Source of the DNA: Styela clava
Lineage: Eukaryota
Length of the DNA: 64,000 nucleotides
Assembly (NCBI RefSeq): GCF_964204865.1
Contig: NC_135261.1
Coordinates: 12,524,001 to 12,588,000, forward strand
Direction: 5' to 3'
Of the stretch, positions 13,126 to 26,600 are shown piece after piece. Within the stretch, counting starts at the first letter, position 1. Each line of letters begins with the position of its first letter. The position numbers and the translations under genes are program-made. The notes under the pieces are model-generated. The model saw only the letters and a program-made list of their open reading frames with translations, did not search any database and was not told the DNA's origin.

Positions 13126-13500
13126 ATGATTAACAACTCGAGTGTAAACAAAGAATTTCCACATATGTCATTTATTGTTTACCATTTCGTGTCGTTGTCC
13201 CACCCAACGTTGGTTTTTGGCAAGTTCATGTCTGGAACAAATTTTCACTTGTTTTGTACAATTTATTGTAAAAACACACAAAAATGCGATTTATACCCTA
13301 TTCCCATCCCTCCACACCAGAACGTTGGACATGAACGTGCCACATTTTTCGTGGTGGCGTACCTCTTTGTCCTGTGTTTTGTACCAGAGTTTTTTGTGTA
13401 TATTTCATGTCTGTTGTCCTACTATAACGCAGCAGTCCTAAACTGCAGTTAGACTTGTTGGGATGCATGTCGCACATCTGTGTCTCAGGCCAGTAAAGTC
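13126..13500 (+). pseudogene. Rhodopsin-class GPCR fragment (TM5-TM6)
   Basis: HERATFFVVAYLFVLCFVPEFFVYI resembles the TM6 FxxCWxP motif, preceded by a TM5-like segment. Flanking frames are closed. Confidence 0.42.
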
Positions 13501-14126
13501 TTGAACATATATAAAAACTTAGAAAATAGATCAATTACACAATATAAAAAAGACGATACCACTTATCATTCATGCCAATATTTTTTTCTATTTGAATAAC
13601 CGAAAAATTAATGGAAACTCGATAGATAAAAAGCATTCCGACACATAAAATAGCAAACATATAGAAGGTGTGTTCCTTTATTTCAGCACTACACGTTTAT
13701 GTGCTCATAATTTTTTTAAATGTATAATAAATAATGTAAAAAAGATCTAAAATGCAAAAATAATTAAGCATGCCTATATTGAGTTTGAGAGAAACAAGTG
13801 AAAGCATTTCGTTCAATCATCGGAATGTCATGAGCAAACACAATATTTTGAACGGTGTCATCTAACCATTCGCCATAGCTTTCGCCTTTTTGCCTAAATG
13901 AAATAGAATTTTCCAATAACAGAAAGCAATGAAATTATTTATTTGATTACCGGCTTTTTAATTGTTTACTAAGTTGATTAGTAATTGTGTTGACATCATT
14001 TTACTGGATGAAAATGGCTCAATTTTGAAAGGCAATTTTCCCAATTAATATATATATATGTTCTCTTTGATTTTTGCTGTTTACCCACGAATTTACTAGA
14101 ATTTTGGCGATGTTTTTCGATTTGCG

Positions 14127-14232
14127 CTGTATATTTCAAACTCCCTCTAATGATTTAATAGACCAAGTGTCGGTTTGACCTGTATATTTCAAACTCCCTC
14201 TAATGATTTAATAGACCAAGTGTCGGTTTGAC
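14127..14232. repeat. Perfect 53-bp tandem duplication
   Basis: 14127-14179 is identical to 14180-14232. Confidence 0.95.
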
Positions 14233-14619
14233 TCTTCAATTTGATACGCGTGTGACAGTTTAAACTGTTTGTGAATATGGGTGACCCAAACTTGCGCTAC
14301 CTGGCCGCCAAATTTTTCACTACCTGCCTCATCTATTTAATACACTGCGATAGGGCAATATTAATCAATTTTCTAAGCTTCTGTTGTTGTCTGTATTCAT
14401 CTAAGCTAGATTATACAGTTGTAATACAGCCTTAGCAAATACTATAAGTGTTTTTTAATCTTCTTTATTTTTATAGCATAGTTCCATCGTCTACAAAATG
14501 GCCATATAATAATATTGCAGGACGGAAAACAACCCAGTAAAGAATTTTACCAGAAACAAAGTTCAAAAAAATGTGAATTCCAAAAGTTATATAAAGTAAA
14601 GACATAAAAAAAATCATAT

Positions 14620-14922
14620 GGTACTCATTAAACCAAAAATACTTATCGTAGCCTTTTTTAATATTCTTCTGTAGCGGAGGAATCCAGTACACTTCTCGCG
14701 CGACCGAATGCAAACGTTGCCACAAATATTTACGAAAGAGCTCATAATGTTTTAAAAATATCCCGCAGCGGTTACTGACATAGCATATTGTATTCATTTA
14801 ACCCAAAATACATATCGTTGCCATTCCTATTAAATACTTGGAAGCGGGGGAATCCAGTACACTTCTTGCGCGACCGAATGCAAACGTTGCCACATATACT
14901 TACAAAAAAGCTGATAATGTTG
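14620..14922. repeat. Diverged about 170-bp tandem duplication
   Basis: ggaatccagtacacttc..gcgcgaccgaatgcaaacgttgccaca occurs near 14678 and 14849. Confidence 0.8.
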
Positions 14923-16340
14923 CAAAACAAAATACAAACTCAAACCAGCAAATTAATACTTGGCGAATGGTATATGCTTTTAGTAATGACAAAATTTTTA
15001 TTACCATACAACGTATTCACAGTGAACCAACTCAGTACTATAACAGCCGAATCTGCTTTACAATAATCCGCGATACACACACTAAAAACTTACAGCATGC
15101 GACATTGAAGATTACAAGGAATAATAAGACTAAAACAAATGATTATGAATGCGCATGATTCTTTATGCTACAACTTATGGTTCGAGTGCGGGATATTTCG
15201 TAGCTTCAGGAGCAACGCTTAATTGAGTCACTTTTGTCGTTTATTCTAGACATGTTCTTGATTATGTGGACGCTTGACTGATATTATATATACTGATATA
15301 TATTGACTGATATTTTTATAACACTAATCGTGTTAAGAAGTGTGTATGTGCTTAAGCGAATATTTATTATTATAATTGATCCGTTCATTTCAATACAGCG
15401 TTTTACAGAGAAAGATTGTCAAGTTAATGACAGGCCGCGAGATATTGCTGAAGGACAGGGATTTGGTATAAATCAAGTTTATTTCACCTGTTTTGTTTAC
15501 CTTGGCTGTATGACATGTTTCTTTTACATTGAATGGGTTAAAAATGGATGTAAAAACATTTGAATTTGATTGCCCCACTAGTTATTGAAGTATATCGCCA
15601 CTCTAATAACTAAATTTGGAAGACACTTTTTGTCGATTTTGAGTCTTTTGTAGAATAGTTAGTTATTCATGTAACGCAGTCTGTTGACTCAGGTTTTATC
15701 ATATGGATGTCGAAATTAGGGTGTCTGTGTCCGATTACTAAACTATTCTGGAATAACAATGAATCGTTTCGAACATCGTTTAAACTAAATTAACAGAGTC
15801 CAAGTAATGCTGCAGGGGTGTTTCAATCACTTTATTTCTCACCATATGTGATTGGTAGAAAAACAATGTATGGTACAAAGACCGTCGAATTGCGCTGATG
15901 CACATTGCTGAAATATTATGCATCATCCCGGAAACAAGTTATTTCCCAAAAATTACATGAAAACAATAAAATATTACATAAATATAACATCTCCCCTCCC
16001 ATTTTTATAATTTTCGGGAGATCGAAAAAGTCGCTAATAAAGGTGTGCGATTTACAGACTAATTTTGTTAAGTTCGCCGATTGGTTCCTTCGTAGGTGTT
16101 TATTTAGGGATATTAAGGAAAGACTATGATATAGTTTCCAATGGTTATCAATCTAGTAAAGGTATTCATCGCGTCTATTTGCTTTATCTGTCCCGGGCTC
16201 ATAAATCCTAGTGTCTTCGTTTATTTTTGGTATTGTAACGCCGAATTGCAGACGGAAATCAAGTTTCAGATTCACTCCTTCCATGCGAGAAAAACGATTT
16301 ATAGGCGTTCTCGTGGCATCAGACGTCTCGTGTCGTAACG

Positions 16341-16475
16341 TAGAGATGTACCGATACCACCTTTTCCGCCGATACCGATACCGATTCGATACCAACTAAT
16401 AAAGGTCGATAGCAATACCGATACGCCGATATTAAAAAAAAAGCCGATATTGCCGATACTCCGATACCGATACTA
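16341..16475. mobile_element. hAT Ac-like terminal fragment
   Basis: TAGAGATG start followed by about 9 CCGATA(C) subterminal repeats. Confidence 0.55.
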
Positions 16476-17204
16476 TGTAATGATTACCTCAAATGTACAG
16501 AGCAGACGGGTTAAACAATTCTATTTGAGCATTATTCATAGTGCACATCACTTCAGATTGAAAAAGATATATCACATAATAAGAAACTGATATTTGGAAT
16601 CCAGATGCATAAATTGATTTAGATCAGTGGTTGGTTCTCAGCCTGTGGTACGTGTACCAGTAGTCGTAGGCGAGAGCTTTTTAAGTGGTACGCGAGCAGT
16701 TTGAATCCTTGCAATATTTAACGTATGAGTTAGCTAAAATATGACAGCAACGCTCAATCTTCTATTAGGTCCATTCTGTATGTATTCGCTGAACGGGTTT
16801 ATTGCGCGACCAGTAATTGTCTAGAGATCGCCTGGCCCGCTACTGCTCACCTAAAACGAAACGGGACGAGACAATTATTAGAGACTTTCAGTTCTGACCA
16901 CGAAATCAATACGTTGTTACTGCATATATGATTAATACGTTGAAACTTTGCGCAAACGTCCAAGAACCAATGTGACCATTGATTTAGATGCAATGCGATA
17001 GTAATCTTGGTGGTAAATTTGAAAACTCATACGTTTTGACTACCGTGAATGGTAAAATAAATGAGGGTTTAGCTATCCTATCAAACTGATACATTGTTGC
17101 TTGCGCAGTATTTTGTTCCAAAATAACGACATATTTTGTCGTTTACACATCGAAAAATTCACTAATATTCAATGGAAATATTCCTTCTTAAATGTAAGAA
17201 TACT

Positions 17205-18985
17205 ACTTGCTTACGTACATGACCTCAACATAGAAGCAACGTTACCCTTTTATTTTGTTTCCTAAATATTGTATTACTTAGTAACTATAATAAAATTCAG
17301 ACAATACCGTGAACTACACATACAGTTTCATCCGGATACGATTTATTCGAGCATTCACTTGTTCCTATCTTTGCGCTTACAAAAGCGCATACAAAAAACG
17401 TTGCTAATTATCATGACGGAATTGTACACTTGTTCTTTCCCGTTTTTACAAATATAGAAATCTGTTCAACTGTCACCAATCTAACTCATGCTGTTACATG
17501 CGTTTTATATGAGACTTATTTTATTAGAATTCAGGAAATGTTATAACAATTATTAAATCAATGTTATTCTTGGAGGCAAACGCTTTCATGGTTCTAAGTC
17601 TTACTTATCATCTGGTGTTTTTCAGGACTCATTTTTAATTTCTTCCCAATACGTTTATCTTAGATTCAATTATATGCGCTAGGAAACAACATCATATTCC
17701 TAGCCTGACTTTAAAACTAGTCAAGAAACAACATTCAGATTTTACATGTTTTTGTTGAAAACTTCAATCAGATCTCAACTTTCCTTCCAAATTTGAGACG
17801 AAATTGAAAGTCAAAACTCAGCTTGGTGGAATAAAGATAACGAATACTGTTTTTCTACTACTACTCATACTTACAACCCTATATTATCGCCCTAAATATA
17901 AATATTGGTTCTGAAGGAGTTATCTATCTAGAAGCAATGTTAAAAGCAATGTCACCATAGTTGACTGACCAAATTTGCAGTAGTTATTCTCCAGTTTACC
18001 GAAAGCAGAATCGCTTTTTTTTATCTTGTCACTCCACTTTTATTTATCCTAACAACGGTTTTTGAAGTACCGGTATATACACACAATAAGCGACGTCACA
18101 CGTCGGATGCGACACCATGAGTCGCTTGACAATTCGGTTTACAACACGCTTCGCGATTATATGTTGACTGCTCAAAGAAGTAATATGTGAATAATTTTTT
18201 AACGTTCGGAGTTGGCACTGAATTTCAATATCTCTGTAATATGCATGTTGATGGCCGCTTTCCGATTTGCGAAAATGAAGGTTATTACTTTGTCCATCTT
18301 GGCAACACAATTGTGCAATTTGGTAACATGGAAACAAAATGTGCAGTATCAAAATTTAAAACTATTTTCATTAAATATTTTTGAACCACTTGACTTGTGC
18401 ATGTAGTTAATATGACTTTATTCATTCAAAACTGATTTGAAACTCGAATTTATTTTCAACTGAAAAGGAGAGCCTGTTTTACTGCTTCCGGGTTATTTTT
18501 GAAAAACATACCGACTGACTGAGGGAGCTATTTTGGAAAGGATGATCAGTATTCAGCAGTAACAGCGGTTTTATCAGTGAAGGTACTCAACTACATTCAG
18601 ATCTTACATGTTTTTGTCGAAAACTTTAATCCGATCTTAACTTTCCTTCCAAAGTTGACACGAAATTTAAAGTCAAAACCGTTTCTGGGTAGAAGAAAGA
18701 TAATGGATACTGTTTTTATACTACTACTCATACTTACTACCCTTCATTATCGCCCCGTAAATTAAGGTAAGGTCAATATTGATTCCGAAAGAGTTATCTA
18801 TCCAGAAGGCAGAATGCATTCTGTAAGCAAGTGTGGAAAACAACGTGACCATAGGTAACTAAAATTTTTGAAGTGGGTATTCCCCAGCTTACTGAAAACA
18901 GAATCGCTTTTTTTTGTCTTGTCACTCTACTCTTATTTATCCTTACAACGGTTTTTGAAGTATACACACGATAAGCTGACGCCAC
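17205..18985 (+). repeat. Duplicated segment, second and third copies
   Basis: Aligns to 3515-4733 + 5620-5800, then again to 4045-4420. Confidence 0.92.
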
Positions 18986-21900
18986 ATGTCTGTACTTCGT
19001 ATGGCGATTCCTCTGGCCGTTCGACGTTGGTGTTCAAAGGGGGCTGTCGGAGATTAGGATCTTCTTGGACTCAACGACTTGGTTGGGTGGATGCAAATAA
19101 AATTCTACGACAGTTGAAGCAAACTCAACGACGGCGGAGCATGTGGTGTTTTCACTCGACGACGGTGATTGAGATCGGAGAAGTTGACGTTATTATTTGC
19201 TCGAAAACAGCGCTAAGTCCAATCGTTTCGTTGTGAGCGCAAGAGAAATTGACAAAATCGGTAACTTCTCAACGTTCATCCCAGGTGTTTACCGACGTAA
19301 TGGTGCTGGATCATTTAAATGTTTTCAGTTTTTTTTTTCGAATGATTTACAATTTTATGACGGTATTTCTGTATTTTTAAAACCCACTGTTTAACTCTGT
19401 CGAATAGTTCAGATTGTTGTTCATTTAAATACTCCAACAGTCTTTATTAGGTCTCCAATTCGAATTTTCGTTAAAATACGTTCCGTTGACATTTCAAACA
19501 GTTCTTTTGAAATTGGACCGTTAGTATTGTATTTCAATCACCGTACCGTGCGAGTGCTTTTTGAACCATTCCATAAAATGAAATGTGATGAAAAGGCTCA
19601 TTAGGCATTTCTTCAATATATATTATCATTTACTAATAAACCATCTAACACTTTGTTTACCAATTCCCAAATAAAACATTGCCTCTGGCCTTACCTATTT
19701 TGTCAGTGCAGTTGGATTAAAATATGACAATGAAACAGCATTAGAGAAAGATAATATATACTAATAAAGAGACCTTGAACAACGTACAGACAATACAATG
19801 GGGGACGTTTAGACTAGTGGCTGTAACCTTTCTACACGGGCGAATCCATAGCATTTAGTAAACATTCTCAAAGACCGACAATAAAATATACAATTGAATA
19901 AAATGAAAAATGACTGTATTTGCCCAACATATAGCAATGTTTTACACCGTCTATGCGGTAGGTTAAAAAACTGTCAATGGGATCCTCAACACACTATCAC
20001 ATTCACATGAATTGTATAAATATCCTCGCGGATCGGATATGAAAAATTGAATTGAATGAAAAGGAAAGTAACTGTATTTGTTTAACAAATAAGCAAAATT
20101 CTGCACCGTCTATGCGTCTGGTACAGAAACCACAAATTTATAAAACAGTTCAAACAACGAAACGCCAATAATATCCTTGACACACTTTTACAATCACGGG
20201 ATGTGAGGGCATTTGCGCTAAATTTCGAAAAATATTTGAACGCGCGCGACAATCACGTTTTACAAGAGTGAGGCCAGAAGCTGAGATATATAAAAAATCG
20301 AGTATGATACTGTCGAACTGAATAGCCCGGCAATTAGAGGGGTCGCGTGACATGTTTTTTGGGTCACCAAGAAGCCTAGTTCCGACAACCCGATGTATGC
20401 TAAAAAAAAATCCAACCTTTTTTTCCTATTCAAAATAAATGATAAATATGCCATCACATATAAATACAATAGAGCGATATGTGAACATAAAGACCAAAAG
20501 GAAGCAGTATCATTTACAGTACCGGGTACGGTCAAAAAATTCCCGATTTTCGCGTAGCAATAGAGTAAGCACAGGAGAGGTCGAAGAACAGCTTCAAGTA
20601 ATTTGGATTAATTTTCAAGAGGTCATCACACAGAATGAAAAACGAATTACATGAACCCATGCACGGAAAGTCTATAAAAAAATTGAAGTGATACCCATCT
20701 GGCGAAAAATATAATCTTTAACCACTGAAAATTCCAAAGCAATTGATCCCGTAGTTGACGAGAGAAGCGATTTTTTCACAACAACAAGAAGAACAATACC
20801 ATTAATAACAAAACGAACCATAGCTACACAATGTGTCAAATAATGACACCGTTGCCTTGGATTAAGCTTTGAAAAGAAAGGAAATCGTCGAGAGCTTCGA
20901 TAAAGCAATGGATACCCCCCCCCCCCCTCCCCCAATATTGTCTGTCTGTAATTGGGAATAGTAACAAAACGTTGTGGTTTAAACTTGGTAGATCATGAGG
21001 AAGCGTGGAGCACTTTGAAAAATACGTTTTATGTTTCTGTTTATCGAAACATTCAAATAATTTTTAAATTATATTATTAATATATTAGAACAGCGTGCAG
21101 TCGAATCCCACGGTATATATTACAAGCACATAGTTTACAATTCCAAATAAAAATATTGCATCAATGTTAAATCATAGGCTTATAAAATATCAACGTAATG
21201 ACCGACAAAAAAAAATTTTCGCGGCGGAAGATTGCGGATAATGTTTTTCTTAGAGTAAAAAATTCTAAAACTTGCACATTTGACACCTGCTCAAAACGAC
21301 AACAGCGTCAACATTTGTCGATACTACAAACGACACGTCTTCCGTTATTCCCCCGCTTGAAAAATCAACATTCTTGTATTTAATCTTCACTTTTACCGTT
21401 TTTCCATATGTTCTTAACGATGCATATTCTGTAGCTTTATTCTGTAGTTTGTTAGTATTATGAAATAGAAGGGGTTTCTAATTTTCCCCGTTATATGTAT
21501 CCCCGAGCTACAAAACATTTATCACTAACTCACCAGCGGATAGTAAATTGAGTGAAACATATACTGCAAGAGTCTGTTGGCTTGTAAACCAAAATTTGAC
21601 TTTACTTACTACCAAGTAAACATCTGGGCGTGGTATTTAACCTCTCATTTATCATATGACAACATTTTTGGATCTCAACCTGACAAGTCGGATTGCTAGT
21701 CTGTCTGAAAACTTCCAAAAATTACATATACTTGTGAAACTCGATTTCACTGCGGTTGATCAAACGCTTATCGGCTTGTTAATAAATATTGCATAACCTT
21801 CGGTAACGAAGCAACTGCGCTGGCAAATTAGAAATTGGCAGGTATACGATAGCCGTTTCATAGTTCCAGCTTCGTTCAGGATAGGGTTTTGGGAAAATTG

Positions 21901-23677
21901 CAGTTAAAATATTTCGTTCTGGCCCATGGTCTCCGTATATTTGAGCATTGATCTCTCGTTTGTGTTTTTCACGTCAGTTGCTTTTGAATATTTGTTACAA
22001 ATTTTCACATTGCTTTTCACACGTTATCCTTGTATCATAGCAAATAGCACATTGATAGCCATAGTGTTTTAAAAATTACAACAGTCAGAAATTTCTATAC
22101 ATTTCACGTAATCTTAATTTGTTTTATGTGGTGGCGAACCTGGATCATATATACCAGGTATGGCTAACTGTTTTTATTGAATAGTCAAAAATTATATCAT
22201 CATTTTGCAAAAACAGAATGTGAGTCACATATATTCAATCAATGTTCGCATCAATGAGCAACTTGCTGTTGATATTTTCCGCGAATTGTACTATTTTTGG
22301 CTGGTATTGTGTAGTTTTGAGCTTTAAGCATTCAGCACTCACTTTTGGATGAATGCGATATTTCGTACTCAAATTTTTGAAATTCGTTGAAATTTTGAAA
22401 TTCGCATGTATAAGAACTAGCTATAAGGCGTTCCTAATGCTATGGCAAACCATTTCGTAGAGGTCAGAAGGAAATTTACCTGCGAGAGAATAGACACCAT
22501 CCTGCTCCATTGTTATTTCAGAATTCGGTAGTCGGTAATTTAAGTCTATGAATTTGTTTTTCAGGCTGCATTGTATACGGTAAAAGAATAAACTGCAAAG
22601 TGGCATATACTTTTTGTATACCTCTGATTTTGAGAAAGGTTAAAAGGGTTACCATTCCAAAAAAGGTTGACGAGCACTGGTCTAGAACATCCAGCGTGTA
22701 GCAAGTACAATGATGGTTACTCTGCATTTTAATACTTTCAACCACTTATTATCAATTGTACATGTTATTTGCATGGAAATAAAGTCGTCAACCGAATTCA
22801 TTTCATATACGGTATTTTCACGAAACGTCAATGTGAAAAGTTGAAGACGTATTTCTAATTTCCCGCCACCGTGGAAGAGTTGGAAATTGGGTTTTGTAAT
22901 GACTTTGTTAGTTTTATTTTTGGAATTAACACAACATACAATGCGGAATTCCAATTCCAAGCCGAATTAGGAATTAAATGGAGAAATAAAACCTGAAACT
23001 TGAAGAAATTGTGAAAACATAATGCTCGAGGCTCAAATAACAATCGAAAAAATTGCAAAAACAACAAACTCTTCAAGCGAGAACATGCCAGCAGTCATAC
23101 AATAAAAAATGAGTAATATCACGAATCCCTATAATGTCGACGGATTGTTATTAGTCATTTTATGTATGTCATTAGTCATTTCTAAGTTTAATAAGAGTTA
23201 ATATTCGACGTGTGCCATACTCGTGTACCAAAGAAAAACGCTGCACTATAAACAAGCTGAGGATGTTGAGTGCTTACTGTCGCAACGCTAGTATGGGTCA
23301 CAAAACACAAAAACGTAATGGCAGCTCCTTATGATGTTTGTATTAGCTTAGTTTGTATTTTCACTGCACTCGTTGCCTTTTGAAGCTTGTTTCGCAATAA
23401 GGGCAAGCGACTTCTCAAATCGCTTCAAGCGCAGCCCTAAAATTGCGACCTCTTTAAATACAACTTTGAAATTCTCGCCAATGTTTTAGCTATAATATTT
23501 GTTGTGACACCGTAGTATGGAAAATTTTACAAATACTAACAAACAAAGACTGAAGATAAACATAAAATTAGAACTCAACCCCATACTATACACAATTCAC
23601 AAAACAGCAGAATATTTTTTGCAAGTTTTCAGCCCATCGCTAGAATACTGAAAATTGCGCGGTAATTTCTCTTCGCC

Positions 23678-26600
23678 TCAGATCCAGATTCAGATATTTA
23701 TTTCGTCATGCATGAAACATTGTCATCAAATATTAATAATAATAAATAAAAATAAATAACATCAAAGACACACAATGTTCCGCAATAGACGAAGAGTGGC
23801 GAATAACTAGCAAGTCATCGTGTCAGCGACACCTATATGCTGAATTACAGCAGCAGATAAAGAAAAAGAACATACAATACTAAATAACATAGAAACAACA
23901 ACGATATATTATAAATAAAATAGGGAAATAAGAAAAGCCATAAGAATTCAGATTTTAGAGGATATCGATTGACAGGCGCAATGGCGCCATCAGTCGATTA
24001 CGATATACCTCAATGAACACAAACAAGACGAAAATAATGCAGACCAACATGACTGAGCATGTTAAAAACTGAAAAGGCCTACCCAGCAACGTTAATTTCA
24101 TGTTGACAGGAAGTTATTGGCATAATGAAGCTTGCATATGATCGAAAAATAGGCAAAAATGAAAAAACAGAACTTGGCACATACAGAGTAAATGACTATT
24201 GCATTTGAAATACAGTAGAAGAACATGGTTGGGTCCTGGTACCAGTATGCAGTACAGTACAGGGAATGTACGACTAGAAAAAATACCAGCACTACTGACA
24301 AATATAAAGGTAATGATTTTTAGTGCATGTTTGAAGGACATGTAGTTCATTGATCGAATATTGTCAGTGAGCGTGTTCCATAACTTGACACCAACGAATT
24401 TGATGGAGTTTTGAGTAAGCCTGGTTGAAAACCGATTCACAAATTATGAGCATTTAGCATATGACCGTGTCCCATATGAATGAAAACCGCTCTACTTTGA
24501 AAAGTAGTCAGTGAATGCTGCGGGGAGTTTATTGTTATGATGTTGATGCATTAATTTCAAAACTTCATTTTTATGTATATCAATCAGTTTAATAATTCGT
24601 AGTTTATTATAAATAGGACCTAGTTGTGTGCGATAGCCAATATCAGAAATAGCGCGAATAGCTTGATTCTGCGTAATTTCCAAGCGGTGCAATAAAGTTT
24701 TATCAGCCGAGCCCCATGCAACTACGCCATATTGTATATGGGACTGGAATAGGGGGGTAGTAAACCATGCGTAAGGTAGTTAGCGATCTAAATCTTTTAG
24801 GCTTATATAATATCCCAACCTACTTGGATAATTTAACGGCTAGGTTTGAAATTTGTGTATCCCATTTCATTTTGTTATCTATATATATACAAAGGTATTT
24901 ATAAGAAATAACGTTTTCAATTTTTGTACCATCAATTTGGATTGAAGAGTTGCATGAGATTTGTCGCTGTCAAGTAGGTTAGTGTCATCAGCAAACAATT
25001 TGGTTGAAAGCAAAGAACAGTGTACTATGTCATTGACATATACTAGAAACAGTAACGGGCCCAAACAACTACCTTGTGGAACTCCGTGATTCACTGGTAA
25101 GAAAGAGGAACAATAAGTTCCCACTCTAACGTATTGTGATCTATCGCTCAAATAACTAGTAATGAGTTTATTTGCTTGTCCCCTGATACGATAATGTTTC
25201 AGCTTGTAAATTAGAATGTCATGATTCACAGTATCAAAAGCCTTTATTAAATCTAAAAAAGTTGCGCTAACGAACTCTTTTTACTCTAGTTTGTCTTAGA
25301 CATAAGAAATTGTATCTAGAATGGCATGTCGAATGATCGTTCTGAAAACCAAACTGAGATATATTTATCACATCATATTTATTAAAAAAAAAGACTAATA
25401 AGTCGCTTATAGATCAAGCGTTCAAATATCTTATCAATCGATGAAAGGATTGATATCGGTCTATAATTTTAAACACATTTTTTATTTCCAGATTTGAAGA
25501 GAGGGATTACGCGGGCAATTTCGATACACGAAGAAAATATTCCGAACGAGATAGAACAATTAAAAGTTCAGCCAAACATGGCGCAATGAGGTCAGCCACA
25601 AATTTGAGGAACCGTGATGGAATATTGTCTGGACCTACTGCCTTCCAATCTTTTAGTTTTTGTATTTCTATTATCACTTCGTTTGTATTAGTCAAACTCA
25701 TGAAGATGGACTGACTTACACGATTGCGAAGTAAATGTTTGAAGCAAGGTATATCATTTGAAACGTGTCTGAGAGGCTGGACCCAATCGTTGAAAAGTAT
25801 CTATTAAACTCGGTAGCAATTGAAATACCATCTCTAGTGATACAGCCATTTTTCATAAAGATTTCATCGACATTTTATTTGGATTTATTATTTGTATGTG
25901 ATATTTGGTTGACTATTTGCCACATTGACCTTGGATTATCTTTGTTTTGAGCAATAAGGTTTTGGTAATAAATTTGCTTTGCTTTGTACACCGTTTTTAA
26001 CAAGACAAGTAACCTTCTATTGTGAGTCCATAGGTACTTATATTCACATTCATTCTTCAAGTTTCTGGCTCTGAAGAATAATTCCTTATTGGTATCAGTG
26101 AGGTTTTTGTCTGTCCCTCCCATGAAGGAATTGTACGCTTTAACCGCTGCTGGACATGTAATATCGCCTTATTTTCGTTGAGCTGGCTCGTATCTTTGGA
26201 CTTGCGTGTTCGGCGAATCTAAAATGCCGTTGTGATAAAATATATTGTTTTTTTGTCTTGCCATGCAATGGCACCGACACTCCCGTTGTACAATATGTCC
26301 GATGCTCCTTTGCCCATTTCGTTGTTTCGTTTTATAATCATTTTGGGGAAGTGTTTCCTATTGGTCATGATTGTACCGCATATTCTAGTAACTTTCTGAC
26401 GCAACAAATAGTTTGTGAGTATAACGGATGTGTAAAAACGGTCCATATATATGATGTGATTTTGACCATAAAACGGTTCACATAATCGTACGACCAAGTT
26501 ACCGGTTACTCCCAAACTCGGTATACGGTTATTGTCTTCCCTCTTCCCAGTATACACCTCAGCGTTGCATATACGAGTATACCCGTTCTCGCTGCCACAC

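Noticed and set aside
11209-20933. Poly-C tracts at about 11209 and 20915 as functional G-quadruplexes or TE termini
   Set aside because: No matching opposite terminus or other support in the window.
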